Assembly: GCA_043823065.1 (NCBI GenBank)
Contig: JBDRBB010000001.1
Coordinates: 64,001-128,000 of the forward strand
Direction of reading: 5' to 3'
Origin: Pseudomonadota bacterium
GTDB lineage: Bacteria; UBA10199; 2-02-FULL-44-16; DYJF01
DNA length: 64,000 bases
Shown: piece by piece, positions 1 through 7,460 of the stretch
Numbering within the stretch: the stretch's first letter is position 1
How the letters are laid out: every line of letters starts with the position of its first letter
Notes under the pieces: generated by a model
The model's input: the letters and a program-made list of their open reading frames with translations, nothing else
What the model was told of the DNA's origin: nothing
Database searches by the model: none
Made by a program: the position numbers and the translations under genes

Positions 1-62
1 AATTGGTAGATGAAAAACCAGAAGTAAAAACGCCAGAGCCCAGTCCGCCAACTGGTTATTAA
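1..62 (+). CDS. 3' end of upstream gene (partial)
   Basis: Frame 3 reads LVDEKPEVKTPEPSPPTGY* to a stop at 60-62; the product cannot be identified. Confidence 0.5.
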   Translation, partial: LVDEKPEVKTPEPSPPTGY

Positions 63-71
63 ATCCGCTAT

Positions 72-171
72 GTTGTTATCCCCGCGTGGTTTGTCATCCC
101 CGCGAAAGCGGGGATCTAAAGTATAGATTCCCGCTTTCGCGGGAATGACAACTTAAAATGCGGGAATGAAA
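72..171. repeat. REP-like palindrome, family A (GTCATYCCCGC...GCGGGRATGAC)
   Basis: TGTCATCCCCGCGAAAGCGGGGATCTA...TAGATTCCCGCTTTCGCGGGAATGACA with partial duplicates of both ends; relatives at 4147, 24369 and 27569. Confidence 0.85.
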
Positions 172-209
172 ATAATAAATATGCCGCTAGGAAACAAGGA
201 GGAAGTCCT

Positions 210-1259
210 ATGACCCAGCGGCATTTAATTTATTGGTTGGCCCTGCAAAGAATTTTTAGCAATCAGCCCATTATTGCCAAACAACTTCTAGATTTTTATC
301 AAACTCCAGATAAAATTTTTGAGTATTCTAATTATGAACAAGTTCGTTGTTTTAATGATTGGGCAACTTGCGAGCAAGATCTAAAAATTTGCCAGCAGCA
401 AAACATAAATATCCTAACTTTGGCTGATGAAAATTATCCAGCGCAGCTTAAAGAAATTTATGATTGTCCAGTAGTCTTAATGATCAAGGGTGACATAAAT
501 GCTTTGACTAAGCCTGGTATAGCAATTGTTGGTTCCAGGCGCGCCACATCTCTAGGAAAAGAAATTGCCTTTGAGCTTGGTCAAGAATTGGCAGAATTTG
601 GTTTGCAGGTAACAAGTGGCATGGCTTACGGCATAGACATATCTGCGCATCTAGGCGCTCTATCTACAGGTTCAACAATTGCAATTTGGGGTTCTGGTCT
701 AAATTGTTGTTATCCTCCGGAATTTAAAACTATCAGCCAACAAATAGCTGGCCAAGGTTGTGTGGTTTCCGAGTTTCCTCTAGATTTTTCGCCTCAGCCG
801 CAAAATTTTCCCCAGCGCAATCGGATTATTAGTGGTTTATCATTGGGTGTGGTTGTTGTGGAAGCGGCAAAAAGAAGCGGCAGTTTAATTACCGCGCGCA
901 TGGCTTTGGAACAAGGGCGGGAAGTGTTTGCTGTGCCTGGCCTGGCTAAGGGAGTTACTTCCAGAGGTACCCATGAACTTTTAAAAAAAGGAGCAGCCTT
1001 GGTGGAAACTGGCGCAGAAATAATTGAAATAATTGCGCCAATTTTACCTGTAGATTTTAAAAATCCTAGACATTTGCAAATTGATGAACATAATAGGCAT
1101 CCAATTTTAAAGCATTTGTCTCAAAGAGAAGCATATTTTGTTGATTATATTGTAGAAAAAAGCGGCTTAAGTAGCGCTGAAGCGCTGCAACAACTTACAG
1201 AATTGATGCTGCAGGGCGAAGTTGAAGAATTGCCTGGCAAGAGGTTCAGGAGAAAATAA
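210..1259 (+). CDS. dprA: DNA-processing protein DprA
   Basis: IAIVGSRRAT, SGMAYGID, FPQRNRIISGLS and VVEAAKRSGSLITA motifs; precedes topA. Confidence 0.95.
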   Translation: MTQRHLIYWLALQRIFSNQPIIAKQLLDFYQTPDKIFEYSNYEQVRCFNDWATCEQDLKICQQQNINILTLADENYPAQLKEIYDCPVVLMIKGDINALTKPGIAIVGSRRATSLGKEIAFELGQELAEFGLQVTSGMAYGIDISAHLGALSTGSTIAIWGSGLNCCYPPEFKTISQQIAGQGCVVSEFPLDFSPQPQNFPQRNRIISGLSLGVVVVEAAKRSGSLITARMALEQGREVFAVPGLAKGVTSRGTHELLKKGAALVETGAEIIEIIAPILPVDFKNPRHLQIDEHNRHPILKHLSQREAYFVDYIVEKSGLSSAEALQQLTELMLQGEVEELPGKRFRRK

Positions 1260-1262
1260 TCC

Positions 1263-3521
1263 ATGGCTCAATCATTATTAATCGTAGAATCACCAGCTAA
1301 AGCGCGCACGTTAAAAAAATATCTAGGCCGCAAATTTAATGTCTTGGCTTCAGTGGGTCATGTCAAAGATTTGCCAAAAAAAGAATTAGGCATAGATGTT
1401 GATCATGATTTTAAGCCCCAATATGTAACCATAACTGGCAAGCAAAAGGTCTTAAAAAAGATTACTGATGCTGCTAAAGAATGTGATGAAATATATTTGG
1501 CTCCAGATCCAGATCGTGAAGGCGAAGCCATTGCCTGGCATATTGCTGAAGAAATCAAGAAAAAGACCAAAAAGAAATCCAATATTCACCGCGTGCGTGT
1601 GCATGAAATCACTAAAAGCGCTGTGCAAAAAGCCATTGCCAATGCCGGCGAACTTAATGCCAATTTATTTGATGCCCAACAGGCGCGCCGCATTTTAGAC
1701 CGTCTGGTTGGTTATAAAATCAGTCCAATATTATGGAAGAAAGTCAGGCGAGGTTTATCAGCAGGACGGGTTCAATCTGTAGCCTTGCGCATTATTTGCG
1801 AAAGAGAAGCAGCGATTGAAGCATTTCAAACCAAAGAATATTGGACCTTTGTTTCCCACCTTCAAGGTGGGCAAGGTCCAGAGTTTGAAGCCAAGCTGGC
1901 CAAGATTAATGGCCAAGATTTTGAAGTTGCCACAGAAGATCAAGCCGGACAGATTGCAAAAGATTTAGAAAAGCAGCAATTTATTTTAGAAAAAATTACC
2001 AAGAGCGAGCGCAAGAGAAAGCCCACGCCGCCTTTTATCACCAGTAAGTTGCAACAAGAAGCAGCGCGCAAACTTGGGTTTAGCGCTAAAAAAACCATGA
2101 TGCTGGCCCAAAGGCTTTATGAAGGTATTGAGTTGGGTAAAGAAGGTCATGTTGGTTTAATCACCTATATGCGTACAGATTCAGTGCGAGTTTCTGACGA
2201 GGCTTTGGAAGCTGTGCGTGCTTATATTAATGATAAGTATGGCGCCGATCATTTGCCAGAAACTCCAAATGTATATAAATCCAAGAAAAGCGCCCAAGAA
2301 GCGCATGAAGCAATCAGGCCAACTTCTCTGGATTATCCCCCGGAAAAACTGGAAGATTATTTAGAAAGAGATGCTCTAAGATTATATGATTTAATCTGGA
2401 AAAGATTTGTAGCTTCGCAAATGAATCCAGCAGTGTTTGATCAAACCGCTTTTGATATTAAAGCTGGCATTTATTCTTTGCGCGCTACTGGCCAGATCAT
2501 GCGCTTTTCCGGTTTTATGGCAGTTTATCTGGAAGGTGAAGATGAAGAAAAAACAAAAGATGAAGAAGAAAATCCAACCTTGCCAGAGCTTACCGAGGGA
2601 GAGCAACTTAAACTTTTGGATGTTGATCTAAACCAACATTTCACGCAGCCACCCCCGCGTTTTACTGAAGCCTCGTTGGTTAAAGAGCTGGAAGAAAAAG
2701 GCATTGGCCGTCCTTCAACCTATGCCTCTATTTTATCTACTATTCAGGACAAAGAATATGTGGTTAGAGATGATAGCAAGCGCTTCACTCCCAGTGAACT
2801 GGGCAAGCTGGTCAATTCCTTGTTGGTGGAAAGTTTTCCTGATATTATAGATGTGGGTTTTACCGCTAGCATGGAAGTTGAGCTAGATGAGATTGAAGAA
2901 GGCAAACACACCAGCGTTCAGATCTTAAAGAAATTTTATAAACCATTTGCAAAAACCGTGGAAGAGGCTAGTAAAAAAATGAAAAACGTAAAAATGCTAA
3001 AAATTGAAACCAAATTCAAATGCGAGAAATGTGGAAGTGTCATGGTTATTAAGTGGGGCAGGCATGGCGAGTTCCTGGCCTGCGATAAATATCCAGACTG
3101 CACCTTTACCCAAGAATTTAGCAGGGATGCAGATGGTAGCATTCACCTAAAAAAAACCAGAGAGATAAATGAAACTTGCGAAAAATGCGGCGCGCCAATG
3201 GTTTTAAAACAAGGGCGTTTTGGCGAGTTTTTGGCTTGTTCCAAATATCCAGATTGTAAAACCACCAAATCCATTGGCTTGGGTGTGAAATGTCCGGAAT
3301 GCGGAGAAGGCGAGCTTTTGCAGCGTCGTAGCAAAAAGGGGCGCACTTTTTATGGTTGCTCCAATTATCCCAAATGCACTTTTGCTTTGTGGAACAAGCC
3401 GGTTAATGGGCCTTGTCCTAAATGCAATTATCCCATCCTAGTTGAGAAATACACCCGCAAAACAGGCAATACCACCCAAGAATGCCCGCAAAAAGAGTGC
3501 GGGTATAAGAGTAATGAATAG
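1263..3521 (+). CDS. topA: DNA topoisomerase I with C-terminal zinc ribbons
   Basis: LLIVESPAKA, DPDREGEAIAWH, SAGRVQS and LITYMRTDS motifs; four C4 zinc-ribbon repeats. Confidence 0.97.
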   Translation: MAQSLLIVESPAKARTLKKYLGRKFNVLASVGHVKDLPKKELGIDVDHDFKPQYVTITGKQKVLKKITDAAKECDEIYLAPDPDREGEAIAWHIAEEIKKKTKKKSNIHRVRVHEITKSAVQKAIANAGELNANLFDAQQARRILDRLVGYKISPILWKKVRRGLSAGRVQSVALRIICEREAAIEAFQTKEYWTFVSHLQGGQGPEFEAKLAKINGQDFEVATEDQAGQIAKDLEKQQFILEKITKSERKRKPTPPFITSKLQQEAARKLGFSAKKTMMLAQRLYEGIELGKEGHVGLITYMRTDSVRVSDEALEAVRAYINDKYGADHLPETPNVYKSKKSAQEAHEAIRPTSLDYPPEKLEDYLERDALRLYDLIWKRFVASQMNPAVFDQTAFDIKAGIYSLRATGQIMRFSGFMAVYLEGEDEEKTKDEEENPTLPELTEGEQLKLLDVDLNQHFTQPPPRFTEASLVKELEEKGIGRPSTYASILSTIQDKEYVVRDDSKRFTPSELGKLVNSLLVESFPDIIDVGFTASMEVELDEIEEGKHTSVQILKKFYKPFAKTVEEASKKMKNVKMLKIETKFKCEKCGSVMVIKWGRHGEFLACDKYPDCTFTQEFSRDADGSIHLKKTREINETCEKCGAPMVLKQGRFGEFLACSKYPDCKTTKSIGLGVKCPECGEGELLQRRSKKGRTFYGCSNYPKCTFALWNKPVNGPCPKCNYPILVEKYTRKTGNTTQECPQKECGYKSNE

Positions 3522-3593
3522 TGGGGATGTCGTGAGGCTTGACGGTAGAGAACATTGTTGCATTTTGGGGTGCGTGGTTAAGCGGCTGAAAGT

Positions 3594-3941
3594 TTAGGCA
3601 GCCTTTTTATAAACTACTTCTCCTTTTTCCTTGATTTCTCCGGCTAGATCAAAATAGTTGGCCTTGTTTAGTTCTTCTGGAGTGAAACCGATAATATCTA
3701 TCCCAACAGGAATAGTGATTTTTAACTTTCTGACACAATCGGTTAGATACATTATTCTTTCTATATCAGTCAGTTGTTGGAAGGACTTGGAGATTACTGC
3801 AATATCAATATCGCTGGTGTCATTTGGTTTCCCCCAGGCATAAGATCCAAATAATATAATTTCACTGATCCTATATTGTTTGGAGATTTCGTTGGCGAGT
3901 TCTTGTATTAATTTTTTAATCCAGCTTCTTTTAAGAGCCAT
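3594..3941 (-). CDS. Minimal nucleotidyltransferase (MNT/MntA-like antitoxin)
   Basis: LFGSYAWG...SDIDIAV motif; start moved to MALKRS, with GGAG SD upstream. Confidence 0.85.
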   Translation of the reverse strand: MALKRSWIKKLIQELANEISKQYRISEIILFGSYAWGKPNDTSDIDIAVISKSFQQLTDIERIMYLTDCVRKLKITIPVGIDIIGFTPEELNKANYFDLAGEIKEKGEVVYKKAA

Positions 3942-3982
3942 TGGTATATCTCCTGTGTTTTTCGCAAAATATCTTCGGCAAT
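3908..3982 (-). pseudogene. Probable C-terminal remnant of a HEPN-domain gene
   Basis: Overlapping frame reads IAEDILRKTQEIYQWLLKEAGLKN*, resembling HEPN C-terminal helices that overlap MNT starts; an in-frame TGA lies directly upstream. Confidence 0.5.
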
Positions 3983-4077
3983 TCAATAATTGTTTTTCTA
4001 GTCATAAGACATATCTTAAACAAAAAAGCTTTGAAAAATCAAGAAACATCATTAATACGATACATGGCAAATAGTGC

Positions 4078-4186
4078 TGTCATGGCGAGGACTCTGAGCG
4101 AGCCTGAGCAAAGTCGAAGGGGACGAAGCAATCTCGACCAATTGATTGTCATCCCCGCCTGTTGGTTCACTATGGCGGGGATCCAG
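4078..4186. repeat. Composite REP-like cluster (families B, C and A)
   Basis: TGTCATGGCGAG...GAAGCAATCTC enclosing CTGAGCAAAGTCGAAGGG, followed by TGTCATCCCCGCC...GGCGGGGATCCAG. Confidence 0.7.
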
Positions 4187-4216
4187 ACCTTATGAGGCGA
4201 GGCGGTCAGGCCAGGA

Positions 4217-4255
4217 TTGCTAAAAAAACGACAAATTTCGTCGTTTTTTTAGCAA
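4217..4255. repeat. Perfect 16-bp inverted repeat overlapping a promoter motif
   Basis: TTGCTAAAAAAACGAC-7 nt-GTCGTTTTTTTAGCAA. Confidence 0.75.
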
Positions 4256-4278
4256 CCTTTTCCCCTTGCCGCCGATAA
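4252..4278 (+). promoter_or_regulatory. Putative alternative-sigma (sigma28-like -10) promoter
   Basis: GCAAC-N15-CCGATAA; GCCGATAA is the FliA -10 consensus; the motif recurs at 6347 and 47488 (minus). Confidence 0.55.
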
Positions 4279-4300
4279 GAGATTGGAATAGGGGATACAT

Positions 4301-6229
4301 ATGCTATCAACAGGCGAACAGCGCATAACACTTGAAAGAATTATTGATTATTATGACGATCGCATTTGCCCTTCTGCTGGAAGGGAAGAACGAGAAGTGC
4401 AAGTTTGCCGCCAAACAATAGTAGCAGGTTTTGCCAGTAGTTATTATCAGCATTTAACTGATAGTGGCATGGAAGAACAAGCTGCTTTGCGCAGAGTTCA
4501 ACAGTTTTTTCGCCAACCCCCGCCCTGGTCCAGCCTTGATGAAAATCAAAGTAGAATATTAACTGGTTTATTTGATCGGGCAGCTTTAAGCGCTTTTTCT
4601 GTTCCTGGAAATCCAGCTACAGAAGAATATGAAAGCCTTGATTCTCAAATTGAAGCTTATCAAACTGTGCTGCAAAGACATAGGCCTATACCAGAACCTG
4701 GCCCTGTGAATGATAGACATCCAGTAGTGGTTCAACCCCGTGCTGAGCAATCGCCAGAAGATAGAAGGTCAGCTATTCTTGGCAACTTGCGTACTTACCT
4801 AGATGCGCATGATGCACAAGGCTTATTGCTTGAAACTCAAGGTAATAGAATTGTTTTAAGAGTTTCTCCAGGTTTAAGCAGGGCTGATGCACAGCGTATG
4901 CTGACAAGTCTAAATGCCACAGCTGCCAGTAGCTATATTGCTTCTCAGTTGCGCCAATTAACAGATAGTGAAGGGCAGATCTATTATAATGATGCAAGAA
5001 TAGATACTAGTGCACCAAATGAGCAAGCTGTGCATGGAAGAATTATTTCAAGATTAAGAGCTGAAATACCACACTTAGAAGTAGAACCAGAAGTTGCCGA
5101 GCGATCACCAGACCCTTGGTATGATCCAGCTCGGGCAAGGGTTCGCTATAATTGTGGAGGCAACCAAGCCTGCGAACAATTATTAATTAATGTAGCTCAA
5201 GCTTATTCTGCTTATCGTAGCGCAGCCCCAGCTACAGATCATTCTTGTGACCTAGCAACCCAGCAATGGATGGATGATCCAGCAGCCAGACCAGAAATGT
5301 CTGATGGTTTGCAAAGAACAATTCTGCAGGTTTTTGGGAGATATTTTGCTGATGATGCCCAAGCAGCTTTTGCTGCTTTTAGCCAGGGAAGTGGTCTGCC
5401 TAGACCTGCTGGCATTCCGGAAGATGCAAATGACCCTATAACGCTTTATGGCATATATGAACCAGTTTCAGTTCCAGCGCCTGTTGTAGAAACTGATCCA
5501 GTTGAGGAAAGATCTATAGTTACCCCCGCTCCCCAGCCAACTGCTGAACCAATCCCTGAACCATCTGCCGAAACCACCCCTGAAGCAGAGGAAGTAGAGG
5601 AAAATGAGCAGGTTAGAGCTCCCTGGGCAGTAGATCTAGCAGCTATGATTAGTTTGTTAGGTGGCACAGAAATTAATGCGCCAGGAGGATTTGGCGGTTT
5701 TTCTGAGCATTATCCACTTGGTTTACAGGTTCTATTTCGCCGAGGCTGGGATCATTTCTTTCTCAATTTAGGAGTGGAGTATTTATATCATATAGGACTT
5801 ATTCCACAGGATGCAGAAGGCAATGATGTGCCTCGTCCTGGCGGGGTTCATGATATAGCAGCTAGATTTGGTTTTGGTTATGCTTTTAATCCCAGAGGAA
5901 GGACAACTGAACTTGGTTTTTCTGGACATCTGGGTGGAAGGTGGCTGGTATCTGATGATGGCATAGTTTCTGGTGCGGCTGGAGTGCAGGAAATCAGTTA
6001 TGGCACTTTGGATATTGGGGCTACTTTTGAGGTAACTCACCCAATTTCTTCCAGAGCCTATTTTTTTAGCAGTTTAAGATATTCCTGGTCTGGTTTTTTT
6101 GAAGAAGAACTTCCTGGAATAGAACCTGGCTGGATTAATCCGATCAGTGTATGCCATCATCGCTTTCAACTCTCTCTTGGGGTTAGAATAGATATTGGAC
6201 ATAGGAATAATTCTGGATCTGAAGAATAA
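4301..6229 (+). CDS. Lysine-free hypothetical protein: helical Cys-pair modules, Pro/Glu linker, C-terminal beta-barrel-like domain
   Basis: AGGGGA SD; no signal peptide; alternating aromatic/Gly strands in the last ~200 aa; paralogous to the next gene. Confidence 0.8.
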   Translation: MLSTGEQRITLERIIDYYDDRICPSAGREEREVQVCRQTIVAGFASSYYQHLTDSGMEEQAALRRVQQFFRQPPPWSSLDENQSRILTGLFDRAALSAFSVPGNPATEEYESLDSQIEAYQTVLQRHRPIPEPGPVNDRHPVVVQPRAEQSPEDRRSAILGNLRTYLDAHDAQGLLLETQGNRIVLRVSPGLSRADAQRMLTSLNATAASSYIASQLRQLTDSEGQIYYNDARIDTSAPNEQAVHGRIISRLRAEIPHLEVEPEVAERSPDPWYDPARARVRYNCGGNQACEQLLINVAQAYSAYRSAAPATDHSCDLATQQWMDDPAARPEMSDGLQRTILQVFGRYFADDAQAAFAAFSQGSGLPRPAGIPEDANDPITLYGIYEPVSVPAPVVETDPVEERSIVTPAPQPTAEPIPEPSAETTPEAEEVEENEQVRAPWAVDLAAMISLLGGTEINAPGGFGGFSEHYPLGLQVLFRRGWDHFFLNLGVEYLYHIGLIPQDAEGNDVPRPGGVHDIAARFGFGYAFNPRGRTTELGFSGHLGGRWLVSDDGIVSGAAGVQEISYGTLDIGATFEVTHPISSRAYFFSSLRYSWSGFFEEELPGIEPGWINPISVCHHRFQLSLGVRIDIGHRNNSGSEE

Positions 6230-6346
6230 CTTTATATATTTCAATATAACATATTGAAATATAGTATAAATCTTAAGCAAATATCTCGATATAAATTTTA
6301 GCTTCAATTATTTCTTCATATTTTTCAAAAAAAATAAAAAAAACCC

Positions 6347-6373
6347 GAAACTTTTTTAAAATCCTACCGATAA
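6347..6373 (+). promoter_or_regulatory. Putative alternative-sigma (sigma28-like -10) promoter
   Basis: GAAAC-N15-CCGATAA, same spacing as the copy at 4252. Confidence 0.55.
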
Positions 6374-6431
6374 TAGGTATGAAGGGAAAGAATATAAGAA
6401 TTTTACCCGGGGGTTATTTTAGGAGGTAAAT

Positions 6432-7421
6432 ATGTTTTCAGCAGGCGAATTTAATTTAACATTAGGTCAACTTAGAAGCAGATGTGTAGAAGATAATCGA
6501 GAAGCATGTGAGAATGAAGTATTTTATCAGTTAGCTCTTGCAGCACGTGCTTATTGTGAAGAAGATGACCCAAATCCACAAATGTGCGCTAATCAAAGAC
6601 AACCTCGATTTCCTGACTCTGCAGATCAATTACCAGAAGGCTTTAACTATCCCCGTGAAAGTTTTACAGCCTTACTAGCTGGTCATGCTCCTGAGCGTTC
6701 TCCTGCAGCTCCAACTCCTGAACCAGAACCCCCAAATCCTCAACCAGCTTCTCCTCAAACAAGTCCTCAACCAGCTCCTCAAACTCCAAATAGCCGACCA
6801 GTGGGTTTAGGTGGTGTAGCTGAACTTTTTCTAGCCATTCCTATGCAAGTAATTGGCGAACATGAACATCGCACCAATACCTTGCCTTTTGGTATTCGCG
6901 GCGGAGTTCAATATCGCTTCCAAAATGGTTTTTTTCTGGAAGGCATTGTCAGTCTAACAGATTATTATGCCCTGCAAGATACCACAGTTGAAGGTGGCAG
7001 AACTCGTTCAGCCAGCATGGGCGCCTTTAGCTTTGGCGCTGGTTTAGGCTATGGTATTAGATTTAATGATCGTTGGATGGGAGATCTTTCTTTAGATGTT
7101 TTATACAGCTATATTTGGACAGGCGGAGATGAAGGAGAAGGTGTTTTAACTGATAATGGTGTCCAAGATCTAGACTATTCTTCAGCCAGTATTCAAGCTG
7201 GTTTTAGAGCATCAGTAAGAGTATCTGATATGTTAAGATTTGGTTTTGGTTTATTGGCCAACATAAATGTTATTGCTGAAGAAAGACCAGGCATTGAAAA
7301 TGAAATGTTTCAAATGGGCGCACCATGGTGGCATATAGGTTTGACCGCAGGCGTGGTAATTGGCCGTCAAGCGGAAGTGGCCCAGGAAGAGGGGAACCAG
7401 GATGCAACAGATGCTGAATAA
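6432..7421 (+). CDS. Lysine-free hypothetical protein: Cys-rich helical N-terminus, Pro-rich linker, beta-barrel-like domain
   Basis: AGGAGG SD; no signal peptide; amphipathic strands (FSFGAGLGYGIRF, LRFGFGL). Confidence 0.8.
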   Translation: MFSAGEFNLTLGQLRSRCVEDNREACENEVFYQLALAARAYCEEDDPNPQMCANQRQPRFPDSADQLPEGFNYPRESFTALLAGHAPERSPAAPTPEPEPPNPQPASPQTSPQPAPQTPNSRPVGLGGVAELFLAIPMQVIGEHEHRTNTLPFGIRGGVQYRFQNGFFLEGIVSLTDYYALQDTTVEGGRTRSASMGAFSFGAGLGYGIRFNDRWMGDLSLDVLYSYIWTGGDEGEGVLTDNGVQDLDYSSASIQAGFRASVRVSDMLRFGFGLLANINVIAEERPGIENEMFQMGAPWWHIGLTAGVVIGRQAEVAQEEGNQDATDAE

Positions 7422-7460
7422 TATGTTTTTTAATAGGGGGAGACTTTTTGGGAGGACCCA

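Noticed and set aside
3941..4195. 84-aa plus-strand ORF
   Set aside because: Its second half is translated palindromic repeat, and it overlaps the MNT/HEPN region on the opposite strand.
6235..6263. 12-bp AT-rich inverted repeat after the 642-aa gene
   Set aside because: Real, but in very AT-rich DNA with no U-tract or second copy; no function can be supported.
4301..7421. Lysine absence as a wrong-frame or genetic-code artefact
   Set aside because: Both ORFs have SD sequences, are mutually paralogous at protein level and have no long competing ORF; neighbouring genes translate normally.
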